From contig JAYZEG010000058.1 of NCBI GenBank assembly GCA_036337435.1, positions 247,025-311,024 of the forward strand: a stretch of DNA of 64,000 nt, read 5' to 3'. Position numbers and translations under genes: made by a program. The notes below the pieces were generated by a model, which was given only the letters and a program-made list of their open reading frames with translations, was not told where the DNA came from and ran no database searches. Source of the stretch: Myxococcota bacterium. Lineage in GTDB: Bacteria; Myxococcota_A; Bradymonadia; UBA7976; UBA1532. Within the stretch, counting starts at the first letter, position 1; each line of letters begins with the position of its first letter. Of this stretch, positions 20,679 to 30,888 are shown in pieces.

Positions 20679-23600
20679 ATGGGAAAGAAAAAGAACAAAC
20701 GCAGTCACCGTCAGAACAAGTCGAGAGGGCTCTCGCGACAGGTGCAGAAGGTGGCGGTTTCTAGCCAACCAGATTTAGCGTCGGCAAGTCCGGCTGAGAC
20801 CGCCGCTGAGGTTCGGCTACAACCCTTTGTCGCTGGGCCAAGATTCTCGGTATTGATGGCAGCGTATAATCGAGCTGACCTGATTCACGTTGCCATTGAC
20901 AGTGTTCTTGCTCAGGACTTTCAAGATTATGAGTTAGTCATCGTTGATGATGGCTCGACGGACGACACGCCAAACGTTGTCGGTCGTTACCAAGATGCAC
21001 GCATTCGTTACATCAGAAAATCTCATAACGAAGGGCGTTCTCCAACCCGAAATCGAGCAATTTCTGAGGCCCGAGGTGAATTCGTGCTGTGGATGGCAGA
21101 CGATGACTTACTCAGCCCAAACCTGTTGACTTTGTATGATGGAATTTTGCGGGAAGAGCCACATATCGATGTGATCTACGGCAAGCTTCAATTGTTTGAC
21201 CACGACTCCGGTGATGATCTTAATCTTTTCACGCCCAATGACTGGACGGGTCGCGATGCCGAGATAATTGGCGCAAAACTATACGGTTCTTGCGTGCCCG
21301 ATGGTGGAACTGCAACCCGGAGGCGCATTTACCAATCTGTGGGTCCCGGACCCTACGACGATGAGTTCGTGCGAGCACAGGATTATGAGTTATGGACTCG
21401 AATTGTAGGACAGGCCCGATTTAGATTCGTCGATGAAGTGGTCTATCGATACCGAAAACATTCCGGAGGGACATCGTGGGGCGAGTTCATAGACTTAACG
21501 CTCGACTCCAAGATCATTCGGCGACATTTGAATAGGCACCCGATCAAGCGTTTATTTTCGTCGTTAGATTGGCGTCAGGACGACCTGGCTTTGAACCAAG
21601 CTTACTTGAGAATCGCTAAAAATTTGCAGATGTATGGTGACCATCTGAATGCCCATCGCTTTCTCGATGCCATTGTCGGTCATGAATCGTGGCCTGAAGC
21701 GATTCTACATCGAGGCCATTCGTATATTGCCATGGGTGACTTAGACGGTGTCGAAGCACTCATCAACGGGGTGCCCAACGCATGCGGTATCGCCCACGAC
21801 GTTCAATCAGACCTTCAGGACATAGTTCGCACGCTCAGGGGTTTTATTGATGCGTGTGATGACTGGTTTGGAAAAGGTCAATTGGACGCCATTGTTCGGC
21901 AAGCCGCAGCCTTCGATAACCGGTATTTTCAGACCTACCACACGATGTACTTTCGTGGCCGGGCTCATGATCGTGCAGGCAATGCTGAGGCGGCTCTTCA
22001 CTGTTATTGTTTGGCTGGACGACTCAATCCGTCGGATGAGGCAACCGACGACCTAGTCAAGCGCCTTCGCAAGACGGTAGGAGAGACACCGAAGACTGAT
22101 CTAACCGCCATGCGACGACGCCTGAATGAACGGCTCTACACGATTCCAATTCGAGCACAGAGCCAAAAAAACGCACTCAAATTAGTTCATGTGATTGCAA
22201 CCGGAGTTTCAGGAAATGCCCTAGACCAGTCTCTAAAATCCGTCTGTAACCAAAGTCATACTCACCTCAAAATACATCTTTTTGGTGCCGAGACATCGGT
22301 GACAGACGACCGGATTGTGAAAAGGTCTGACTCTGAATCTCCCAGGGATTTCATTTTGCAGCTTGAAGATGAGTATATCGCTTGGATCGACGACAAAACA
22401 ATTTGGGCTGCAAACCATCTGAAACATGGCATCAGTGTCCTAGGCGATCAGTTTGACACGGCGGCCATGTGTGGCTTGAGAAAGGCGGACACCGACGGGC
22501 AGAGCGGCACCATCGAACTCGACACGCAAGCGCATTATGATCCGGCGATTTGCTTTAGTCGCAACCAATTGCCTCTGACCCACTTTGTCCATCATAGAAG
22601 CGGGCTAGCTGATGACGGCTTGACGTTTCGACAGACCGCTGACGAGGAATGGGACCTCGCACTCCAGCTGATCCTGTCAGACAAAACACGCTTTGTCGCT
22701 GCACCGACGGTGATTCAGATTGTTGAACATGAGCCAAAGTGCATGAGTGACTCTGTCTCGGCAGGCCTAGAACTACTTCGATTCTTCCAACCGTACACCA
22801 GCCAAACTGGCTTTAATGTACGGGCAAGAACTGCACAAAATGCCCTCTTGGCACCGCTTGGCTTTCGTGTGTCGAGGCAAGGGCGAACCTCAATCATCCT
22901 GCACGGTGGTCGTTTCATCAGCGAAATCCAGGATGCGGTAAGGCACCTGCGAGCAAAGACGCTTGTTCCTCACGAATTTGTCGTCATGGTTGACCCACCA
23001 AGTTTTGACGTTGCCGAAGAAATTAATCATTGGGCAAATGAGTTTGATGACGTCCGTGTATGCGAGTATCGGGCTTGGACTGGTCTGGCGAAGCAAATTA
23101 ATGATGGTTTGGCGCGGGCTAATGGCGAATATGTCGCTGTGGTACATATGACAACACGGGTTCCAGATGGCTGGCTAGGGCGCTTGCAAGGCTGTACGAC
23201 CGATGGCCGCTCGACGGTCGTGATACCCAGTCTGAGCGAGCACACCTCGATAGGTTCGGTAGACGTCAACCAAAGCCGGTCATCGGAAAGCATGACTGGT
23301 CACTGCTTGTTAATTCCAAGACAGGTCATCGATCGGATAGGAGGTCTCGATGTCACTTTGGGGGCACCCGGTTTTGAATGGCTTGATTACCACCGTCGGC
23401 TGTCTTTGGCTGGGTTTGATGTTCAAATAGCCGAGGATGTGAACGTCATATCTGAGTTCGTTGAGAGCGCCGGCGATGAGATTCATCAAGGCCGGTTTGA
23501 ACGTCGCTGGCAGGGCGTCTACTCAGAGACGTACAATCGCCCCCTTCATTTTCAAAAATTTGGATCAGAAGAGGGCTTCAGACCCGATTCTCGTCCCGTT

Positions 23601-23996
23601 TTGGTCGAAGAAGCCGGTAAAAATAATCTCCTGGTTATGCCGCCTTGGGCTGACCCAGATGCATTGGTTGAATTTCTGTCTTTCTGTTCTCAAAGTGAGC
23701 GGCCGCTCACACTATGGATGCGTTGTCCGCCCGGCACGGCTCATCAAAGGGTGAATTCGCTGACCGAAATCATCAGCACGACAGCCATACGTCAGTCTGA
23801 ACAGGTCAGCATTCTATTGGTTGATTCCAACTTAGCACCCGAGCGAGAATCGGGGCTTTATCGAGCGGCCGATGCCGTGTTTGTCAATGATACCTGGCCA
23901 GGTATTAGCGATGTGATTCGACGTTCTTACGATTGTCGGCGCCGACTTCTTCGCGGATATTTGGAATTGGAGGAATGGCTGGCAAGTGATGCATAA
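20679..23996 (+). CDS. Multi-domain family 2 glycosyltransferase with TPR-like region
   Basis: Intact N-terminal GT2 (SVLMAAYN, VDDGSTD, MADDD, QDYELW), a helical TPR-like middle, and two further degenerate GT2-like domains. Confidence 0.85.
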   Translation: MGKKKNKRSHRQNKSRGLSRQVQKVAVSSQPDLASASPAETAAEVRLQPFVAGPRFSVLMAAYNRADLIHVAIDSVLAQDFQDYELVIVDDGSTDDTPNVVGRYQDARIRYIRKSHNEGRSPTRNRAISEARGEFVLWMADDDLLSPNLLTLYDGILREEPHIDVIYGKLQLFDHDSGDDLNLFTPNDWTGRDAEIIGAKLYGSCVPDGGTATRRRIYQSVGPGPYDDEFVRAQDYELWTRIVGQARFRFVDEVVYRYRKHSGGTSWGEFIDLTLDSKIIRRHLNRHPIKRLFSSLDWRQDDLALNQAYLRIAKNLQMYGDHLNAHRFLDAIVGHESWPEAILHRGHSYIAMGDLDGVEALINGVPNACGIAHDVQSDLQDIVRTLRGFIDACDDWFGKGQLDAIVRQAAAFDNRYFQTYHTMYFRGRAHDRAGNAEAALHCYCLAGRLNPSDEATDDLVKRLRKTVGETPKTDLTAMRRRLNERLYTIPIRAQSQKNALKLVHVIATGVSGNALDQSLKSVCNQSHTHLKIHLFGAETSVTDDRIVKRSDSESPRDFILQLEDEYIAWIDDKTIWAANHLKHGISVLGDQFDTAAMCGLRKADTDGQSGTIELDTQAHYDPAICFSRNQLPLTHFVHHRSGLADDGLTFRQTADEEWDLALQLILSDKTRFVAAPTVIQIVEHEPKCMSDSVSAGLELLRFFQPYTSQTGFNVRARTAQNALLAPLGFRVSRQGRTSIILHGGRFISEIQDAVRHLRAKTLVPHEFVVMVDPPSFDVAEEINHWANEFDDVRVCEYRAWTGLAKQINDGLARANGEYVAVVHMTTRVPDGWLGRLQGCTTDGRSTVVIPSLSEHTSIGSVDVNQSRSSESMTGHCLLIPRQVIDRIGGLDVTLGAPGFEWLDYHRRLSLAGFDVQIAEDVNVISEFVESAGDEIHQGRFERRWQGVYSETYNRPLHFQKFGSEEGFRPDSRPVLVEEAGKNNLLVMPPWADPDALVEFLSFCSQSERPLTLWMRCPPGTAHQRVNSLTEIISTTAIRQSEQVSILLVDSNLAPERESGLYRAADAVFVNDTWPGISDVIRRSYDCRRRLLRGYLELEEWLASDA

Positions 23997-26049
23997 AATA
24001 GATGTCAACTTGCTGATCGTCGACAATTACGACTCGTTTACATTTAATTTGTATCAATACGCCTCTGAGCTCTGTGCCGCGCCACCCATTGTCGTGACAA
24101 ACGATCATTCGTTTGACGCGCTCGACCTCGATGCGTTTGATGCAATCCTTATCTCTCCAGGTCCAGGCTCTCCAGAGAAAGACTCTGATTTCGGAATCTG
24201 TGGTCGGCTTATTGAGACTGTAAACTGTCCTATTTTAGGTGTGTGTCTCGGACATCAAGGGATTGCACATGTCTTCGGAGGAACAGTCACAAGCGCGACC
24301 GAGCCCATGCATGGAAGAGAGAGCCTCGTTCGTCACAATGGAGATGTTCTATTTGCCGACATACCCGAATCATTTAATGTCATTCGTTATCATTCGCTCA
24401 TCGTTTCTCAATTACCCGACTCACTCATTCCGATTGCGCATGCGGGCGAAGAACTGATGGCTCTTCGTCATCGGACACGTCCGATTTGGGGTGTTCAGTT
24501 TCACCCCGAATCCATCGGAACAGAGTATGGAAAAACCCTTCTGGCCAATTTCCTAAAGAGCGTCCCGACTGCCGTTGAACCCAAAATCAGCGGCTGCTCC
24601 ATGCCGTCTTTAGCAGAGCCCGATGTTGCCTCGACACCTCAGGCTTATCAATATCGTCTCCGATTTGAGTCACTCCCGCAGCTCGCGGATGCTGAGTCTG
24701 TCTTTGAAGCACTGTATGGAGCCAGTGAACATGCCTTTTGGCTCGACAGCACACGCATTGATTCAGCAATGTCGAGGTTTAGTTACATGGGTGGCTGCGA
24801 TGGACACAGTGGAACTCGTCTGCGCTATAATGTACGAACCTCGGCCCTTCAGATTTCAACCGCTGAAGATGAGCACCACATCTCAGGCCCTTTTTTCGAT
24901 TGTCTGTCTCAATTTCTGAGCCGGTTTGAATTGATTGACGTAGATGCGCCCTTCGATTTTAGGGGGGGTCTAGTTGGTTACGTGGGCTATGAAATTAAAG
25001 GTCAGACAGGCGGTGACGATCGATTTCGTGCGCCAACGGATGATGCACTGTTCTTCTTTGTTGAGCGCTTTATCGTCTTCGATCATCTCGAAAAAAAACA
25101 ATATGTCTGTGCCTTGGAGACTCCCGAGAACAAAGAGTCAGTCGACATTTGGTTCAACAGGTGTCGGCGCTTAAAAATACACGAGGAGCAATTCGATCAG
25201 CCCGTCGACTTTCGGGTGGGCCATTTCCTGCCGGCTCACTCGCGAGACGAGTATTTAGAAAATATTGAAAAGGCACTCGAGTACATTCGGTCTGGTGAAA
25301 GTTATGAGGTTTGCCTGACCACTCAGTTTACCGGTCGGCCAATCGAGGACCCTCTGGGATTGTATCGTCAGCTTAGACGAGCTCATGATGTCCCCTTTGG
25401 TGCATTTTTGAAAAGCAATAACTTAGCGATTGCATCCGCGTCTCCGGAGCGATTTCTGAAAATATCTAACGGCGGTCATCTAGAAGCAAAACCCATCAAG
25501 GGTACAGCTGAACGATCCAATGACAGCCGGCTAGACTCGCATTCTGCTCGTCAGCTGGCGTCGTCTGAGAAAGAGCGGTCTGAAAACTTAATGATTGTCG
25601 ATCTGCTTCGAAATGACCTCGGTCGCGTGGCTCAGACAGGCACGGTCACGGTCGACCAATTAATGAACATTGAATCTTATGCTGTACACCAAATGGTCAG
25701 CACGATTTCTGGCCAGCTTAAAGATGAACTCCATGCCCTTGATGCACTCAAATCATGTTTTCCGGGTGGTTCGATGACGGGTGCGCCAAAACTGAGGACA
25801 TTGGAGATTATTGATCGTCTAGAAGGACAGGCACGAGGCGTTTATTCAGGCTGTCTCGGATATATTTCCTTAGACGGCGGTGCAGACTTCAACATCGTGA
25901 TCCGGTCGCTGGTGATGACGCCGGAATCGACCACCTTGGGTGTGGGCGGTGCCATCGTTTACTTGTCGGAACCAGAGGCGGAATGGGGCGAAGTATTACT
26001 GAAGGCTCGCTCGGTCCTAGATCCTCTTCATGGTGTTCTCGTCGATTAA
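23986..26049 (+). CDS. pabB: Aminodeoxychorismate synthase, fused PabA-PabB
   Basis: GATase part: VDNYDSFTFNL, ISPGPG, GVCLGHQ, GVQFHPES. Chorismate-binding part: GESYEVCLT, SPERF, PIKGT, ENLMIVDLLRNDL, FPGGSMTGAPK. Confidence 0.92.
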   Translation: MMHKIDVNLLIVDNYDSFTFNLYQYASELCAAPPIVVTNDHSFDALDLDAFDAILISPGPGSPEKDSDFGICGRLIETVNCPILGVCLGHQGIAHVFGGTVTSATEPMHGRESLVRHNGDVLFADIPESFNVIRYHSLIVSQLPDSLIPIAHAGEELMALRHRTRPIWGVQFHPESIGTEYGKTLLANFLKSVPTAVEPKISGCSMPSLAEPDVASTPQAYQYRLRFESLPQLADAESVFEALYGASEHAFWLDSTRIDSAMSRFSYMGGCDGHSGTRLRYNVRTSALQISTAEDEHHISGPFFDCLSQFLSRFELIDVDAPFDFRGGLVGYVGYEIKGQTGGDDRFRAPTDDALFFFVERFIVFDHLEKKQYVCALETPENKESVDIWFNRCRRLKIHEEQFDQPVDFRVGHFLPAHSRDEYLENIEKALEYIRSGESYEVCLTTQFTGRPIEDPLGLYRQLRRAHDVPFGAFLKSNNLAIASASPERFLKISNGGHLEAKPIKGTAERSNDSRLDSHSARQLASSEKERSENLMIVDLLRNDLGRVAQTGTVTVDQLMNIESYAVHQMVSTISGQLKDELHALDALKSCFPGGSMTGAPKLRTLEIIDRLEGQARGVYSGCLGYISLDGGADFNIVIRSLVMTPESTTLGVGGAIVYLSEPEAEWGEVLLKARSVLDPLHGVLVD

Positions 26050-26051
26050 TC

Positions 26052-28088
26052 CTATGCGCTTGTTTGAGTTGATAGCGAATCGGCCCTTCGACCAATCGTA
26101 AGCAGAGTAAGTGCCAGGATGATGGCACCACCGAGGTAGGCGCCTGCAAGACTCAATCCCGCCACCACACCAAAGTAACCCAGACTTCCCGCCGCCAACA
26201 TGGTGACCATTGCGTAGGGGATTTGCGTGCGCACGTGTTCAATATGAGGACACCCCGTCGCTGTAGACGATAAGATTGTTGTGTCGGAGATAGGCGAGCA
26301 ATGGTCACCCCAAATCGCGCCATCCAATACGGCGGCCAAACAGGCGAAAACGATGAGACTATCCCCGGAAATGGTGGCCGACAATGGTGCGGCAATTGGA
26401 AGGACCAGTGCCATCGTGGCCCATGATGATCCTGTTGAGAACGCGACTAAACCAGATAGGACGAAAATAATCAGGGGGAGGATTGCGGGTGCAAACGAAT
26501 CGCCCACCAAGGCAACAAGCGTCATGCCCGTTCCGAGGTCATCACATACCGTCTTTATGGCCCAAGCCAAAATGAGGATGGCTGCTGCCTCAGACAGCGT
26601 CTTCATTCCACTCAAGTAGGCTTCAATTGATTCCTTGAATGTCAAAAGGCGTTGAACCAGTGCCAGTGTAAACGCAACAAAGCTGCCGACGAGTGCAGCA
26701 CCAATAAGAATGGTTTGTATGTGGTCTGATGCAGCTTCAAATGTTTTCTGCCAGCCATCGAGTGTCGATAGCTGAGTGGACGCGTCTTGTTGCCCGATGT
26801 AAATGATGCATAGGAGTATGGTCACCAGAACCGATCCGATGGGGACTACTGCGTTATACGCTCGATACGGAATTCCACCCTTCGCAAGCGAAAATGATTG
26901 GTCGGGTGCCATATTTTCTTCGACTGAACCCAGCGGACCGCCCATTCGTGTCCGTCTCTCGGCGCGCAACATGGGGCCAAAGTCTCGACCCGTCCAAGCA
27001 TTTATAATCACGAACAAAATGGCTAGAATGCAGTAGAACCGGAATGGCAGTACGGAAAAGAACAGCTCGTAACCGGTCCCTGGAATGCCACTGACATTAG
27101 ATAAGCTGCCTAGGAGGTCGTCAAACAAACCGACCTCATATCCAATCCAGGTTGAAATGATCGCAATTCCTGCGACGGGCGCACTCGTCGAATCGACGAT
27201 ATAGGCTAACTTTTCTCGACTGATCTTATGTTTGTCTGTGAGTGATCGAGCGGTGGTTCCAACAACGACAGTATTCGCATAGTCATCAAAAAATATCGCT
27301 GTTCCCATTGCGCATGTCACACCTTGAGCACTCCTTGGTCCGCGGGCAAAGACCGAGAGAGCATCGACAAGGCCTCTGGTGCCGCCCATTCGATTGACGA
27401 CGGCCACAAGGCCGACGAGAGCGAGAGTAAAACCAAGGATTTGTAGGTTAAATGAGTCGGAGATCACAGAGCCCAGGTAGCCGCCACTTCCAATGGCGTC
27501 AATACCGATGATTGACAATAGACCTCCAATGAGAGCCTTGCATTCGAGCCAAAGCGTGACGGCCACTCCGCCATTCATCACCATGGCCCCACCCATAACG
27601 GCCAAGAGCAGCGCGAGAACAATCTTCTTGAAAGAAATGGCAATCAGCAGCGCAATCAGTGGGGGGAGAAGCGATTTCCAGTCTCCGGTCCGCTGGCTTT
27701 GAGAATAAGCTTGGTCTCGCCAGGTCAGTGTGCCGGCGATAGACCCTGCGGTCTGATTGATTTGAAGTCGCAGAGTTCGGCCCGTTTCATCAGGGGTAAA
27801 TTGGGCCTTAATTTGATTTCCCGATTTAACCCTCGTTGACAAAACTAGAGTCTCAATCTTGTTTTTTGAGCTGATTTGAGCGAGTTCAGCGTCCAACTCT
27901 ACGCTCAGACGAATGGGGGTTTTCGCCGGGACAGTGCCCTTTACATTCGAGACCAGCTTTCGGACGACTTTATCGAGTGTATGTTTTGACACACTGTTTT
28001 TATCGATGGGTAGAAAACTGACACTCGCGATCGCGAGAGAACCCATCAAAAAGATCAAATACGAGCGAGTTGTCTTCATTGATCTCAC
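26052..28088 (-). CDS. Na+/H+ antiporter NhaC-family transporter with N-terminal extracytoplasmic extension
   Basis: SLLPPLIA, IFFDDYAN, SREKLAYIVDSTSAP, FSTGSSWAT, GAIWGDHCSPISDTT and HVRTQIPY motifs. Confidence 0.9.
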   Translation of the reverse strand: MRSMKTTRSYLIFLMGSLAIASVSFLPIDKNSVSKHTLDKVVRKLVSNVKGTVPAKTPIRLSVELDAELAQISSKNKIETLVLSTRVKSGNQIKAQFTPDETGRTLRLQINQTAGSIAGTLTWRDQAYSQSQRTGDWKSLLPPLIALLIAISFKKIVLALLLAVMGGAMVMNGGVAVTLWLECKALIGGLLSIIGIDAIGSGGYLGSVISDSFNLQILGFTLALVGLVAVVNRMGGTRGLVDALSVFARGPRSAQGVTCAMGTAIFFDDYANTVVVGTTARSLTDKHKISREKLAYIVDSTSAPVAGIAIISTWIGYEVGLFDDLLGSLSNVSGIPGTGYELFFSVLPFRFYCILAILFVIINAWTGRDFGPMLRAERRTRMGGPLGSVEENMAPDQSFSLAKGGIPYRAYNAVVPIGSVLVTILLCIIYIGQQDASTQLSTLDGWQKTFEAASDHIQTILIGAALVGSFVAFTLALVQRLLTFKESIEAYLSGMKTLSEAAAILILAWAIKTVCDDLGTGMTLVALVGDSFAPAILPLIIFVLSGLVAFSTGSSWATMALVLPIAAPLSATISGDSLIVFACLAAVLDGAIWGDHCSPISDTTILSSTATGCPHIEHVRTQIPYAMVTMLAAGSLGYFGVVAGLSLAGAYLGGAIILALTLLTIGRRADSLSTQTSA

Positions 28089-28136
28089 GTACCACGGATT
28101 GAATAGGGTTGCACCAAGCCTTCACCAACAATGGCG

Positions 28137-29159
28137 TTAATTTGGTCGCCATCGGTCCGGCAGATTTAATCTCAATCTGGCCGAACGATGAATCCGTCCA
28201 TCGGGTGCCAGAATGATGGCATCAACACCGGACATAGAGTCGACTAACTTGAGGCCGTCTGCTGGACCCATAACAAAAACAGCGGTTGCGATCGCATCGG
28301 CGAATATGGCGTCGTCAGCTAGAATCGTTACGGAAACCGAGTTTCGAGCGGGCATGCCGGTTTTCAAGTCGAGGATATGATGATACCGACGGGAACCCAT
28401 CATAAAGAAACGCTCGTAATCTCCACTCGTCACAATCGAGCGGTCTCGTATTGGAAATTCGACCAAAAGCTCGGCTTGACGAGGATGTCTAATCCCCACA
28501 GTCCAGGGTCCATCAGGTTTTCGACCCGATGCATGCAAGTCACCGCCGCCATCAATGATGAAATTCTTGATGCCTTGACCCCTAAGCAATTCTTTGACCC
28601 GGTCTATCGCGTAGCCTTTTGCGATCGCTCCGAGACCGAGAGCCATTCCTGATTCGGCGAGATAGATGGTTCTGTCGGTCTCGGACACGATAATTTTGTT
28701 GTAGTCGACAGACTTCAAACGTCTCAGGAGTTCGCTTCGTTTTGGTAAGCGTGGGTTTTCATCTTTGAAGGACCATAACCCCCTGAGACAGGCCCAAGTT
28801 GGATCGAAGGCACCCTTCGAGAGGCGACTGACGTTCAAAGCGGTGGACAGAACATTCATGGTCTCCACGGAGACTTTCGTGGGCAATCGGCCAGCGTTTC
28901 CATTGATGTTGCTGATCTCGGAGTTTGGCAACCATTCGCTCATCAGGGATTCGATTCGGGCGACCTCCTTAAATGCACCGTCCATAACCTGTTCGGCTCT
29001 GGCTTCTGTGATTTCGTCACCAACGATTATGGTGAATGTGGTTCCCATCAGATGGGCTTGTCTGCTGACTTTTGCACTGCTTGCTGATGCCAATCCTAAG
29101 GCGAGAAGTAGCAGGAGGCAGCTGGATGCAGATGCGGGATATTGGTCTATTCGGTACAA
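28137..29159 (-). CDS. apbE: FAD:protein FMN transferase
   Basis: LMGT, GAFDPT, LGAIAKGYAID, IDGGGD, TSGDYER, YHHILD and ADAIATA motifs, plus a signal peptide. Confidence 0.92.
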   Translation of the reverse strand: MYRIDQYPASASSCLLLLLALGLASASSAKVSRQAHLMGTTFTIIVGDEITEARAEQVMDGAFKEVARIESLMSEWLPNSEISNINGNAGRLPTKVSVETMNVLSTALNVSRLSKGAFDPTWACLRGLWSFKDENPRLPKRSELLRRLKSVDYNKIIVSETDRTIYLAESGMALGLGAIAKGYAIDRVKELLRGQGIKNFIIDGGGDLHASGRKPDGPWTVGIRHPRQAELLVEFPIRDRSIVTSGDYERFFMMGSRRYHHILDLKTGMPARNSVSVTILADDAIFADAIATAVFVMGPADGLKLVDSMSGVDAIILAPDGRIHRSARLRLNLPDRWRPN

Positions 29160-29182
29160 GGCAGGCGTATTCTTAAGGGAGA

Positions 29183-30601
29183 CTATTCGTTTTTCAAAAA
29201 ATCCTTCAGCAGGTCGCCAAATGACCCAAGACTGCCTGGAGTCTCCTGGGACTTTGCGTATTCTGCCAGCGCTTCTTGCTCGTCATGTTCTTCGAGAGCA
29301 CGCCTTGATAGACGGATCCGACCTCTTTTTTGGTCCAGCTCTACTATTTTTGCCTCGAGTTCGGTTCCGATGGGGAATAAGCGCCGATGGTCTGCCCCAC
29401 GTTGAGTGTTCATTTCTGCGTTTGGGATAACGCCCTGGACGTTGGGTTCGACTTCAATGAACACACCGAACCGTTCGACACGAACCACAGGACCTTTCAC
29501 GATTTGACCCTGTTTAACAGTAATTTCAACGGGCTTTCTTTTCTCCGCTACTTCCGGTGTAACAAGGCTTATGCGACGTCGGTCTCGATCTATTTTCTCG
29601 ATGATCACATCAATGTCTTGGCCGGCTTCTAATACGTCACTCGGATGATTAAGGCGCTTCTCTGCTGAGATTGCTGATACGTGCAATAGGCCTTCTACAC
29701 CTGGTGCCAGAGTCACGAATGCACCAAAGGTCTCAAGGCTTGATACCAGCCCTCCTATGGATTCACCAATCTCGTGTTTTTGAGCGAAGTCCGCCCAGGG
29801 ATCGGCTTCTAAGCGACGCATGCTCAAAGCAACTTGCGCTTTGTTTATATCGATCCGAATGACTTCGACATCGATCGCTTCGCCAACATTGAGTTTTTCG
29901 TTTGGATGGTTGACGCGCTGATGCGAGATTTCGCTGACGTGAACCATGCCCTCGATGGAGTCACCCAAGTCGACAAATGCGCCGAAATCCCTGATCTCAG
30001 TCACTTTTCCTTGAAGTCGATCGCCGACCTTCAAGCGATCGCTCATGACGCTTTGAGCTTCTTTCTTTCGATTCTCTAGAAGGAGTTTTCGAGAGACGAC
30101 GATGCTTTTGCCCCCATCGAACTCTGTGACCAAAAACTCATAGGTTTTACCCACTTCACGGGCGGGCTCATCGATGAATCCAAACGCGAGCTGAGACGCT
30201 GGACAGAATGCACGCGCCCCGTCGATTCGAACTTCATAACCACCCTTGTTTACACCGGTGATTTTGCCCTCAACGGGGCTCTGCGACTTCCACGATGCCC
30301 CCAGCTCGGCGAGTGCTTGATTCGCTTGAGCTGCTTTGTAGCTGAGTTCAACAGCACCCTGTGCACTGACGATGACCGCGTTGACCGTATCCCCTTCGCT
30401 GACAAGAAGCTCGCCGGCCTGGTCCTTTAACTCTGTCAGGCGGATGTAGCCTTCGCTTCTGGCCCCATAGTCCAGGAAGGCGACGCTGTCGGTGATCTTT
30501 ACGATGGACCCCGTAACAATGTCACCCTTGCGATGACCGCGTGCCGAGAAGCTTGTTTGAAGATCTTTGGACTGATTTTCACTCGTGTTTGAATTTGTCA
30601 T
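29183..30601 (-). CDS. Ribosomal protein S1-like protein with five S1 domains
   Basis: Repeated S1 motifs (FGAFVDLGDSIEGMVHVSEIS, FGAFVTLAPGVEGLLHVS, FGVFIEVEPNVQGVIP) and an RpsA-like C-terminus GSFGDLL. It may be an rpsA paralogue. Confidence 0.85.
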   Translation of the reverse strand: MTNSNTSENQSKDLQTSFSARGHRKGDIVTGSIVKITDSVAFLDYGARSEGYIRLTELKDQAGELLVSEGDTVNAVIVSAQGAVELSYKAAQANQALAELGASWKSQSPVEGKITGVNKGGYEVRIDGARAFCPASQLAFGFIDEPAREVGKTYEFLVTEFDGGKSIVVSRKLLLENRKKEAQSVMSDRLKVGDRLQGKVTEIRDFGAFVDLGDSIEGMVHVSEISHQRVNHPNEKLNVGEAIDVEVIRIDINKAQVALSMRRLEADPWADFAQKHEIGESIGGLVSSLETFGAFVTLAPGVEGLLHVSAISAEKRLNHPSDVLEAGQDIDVIIEKIDRDRRRISLVTPEVAEKRKPVEITVKQGQIVKGPVVRVERFGVFIEVEPNVQGVIPNAEMNTQRGADHRRLFPIGTELEAKIVELDQKRGRIRLSRRALEEHDEQEALAEYAKSQETPGSLGSFGDLLKDFLKNE

Positions 30602-30822
30602 GATAATGCTAAGCGTGTTTGCAGGTCGTTGAAGTAGATTCGAACGCCGCGATTATACGCTATAGACGATGCAGTGTTCAAGATTTGCGAACTGCGTGTT
30701 TCGAACTTCGTCTTTTTGCGTGAACCCAAGAGCTTAGTCCTGACATCGGAAAGATAGAGCTGCATTTTTTTGATAATGAAAAACTCAGTATTTCTATTGG
30801 TTTATGTTTTTTTTGTCGAAAG

Positions 30823-30851
30823 TTGCTCAATGTCGTCTAAACGGATACAAT
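30823..30851 (+). promoter_or_regulatory. Putative sigma70-type promoter of the prkA operon
   Basis: TTGCTC (30823-28), 17-nt spacer, TACAAT (30846-51), with an AT-rich upstream tract and a GAGGAG RBS before ATG 30889. Confidence 0.55.
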
Positions 30852-30888
30852 GTAGTCATTATACATACAGTTAGAGTGAGGAGCAGTC

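Noticed and set aside
28765..29430. 221-aa plus-strand ORF
   Set aside because: It is antisense to the well-supported apbE and S1 genes and has no motif.
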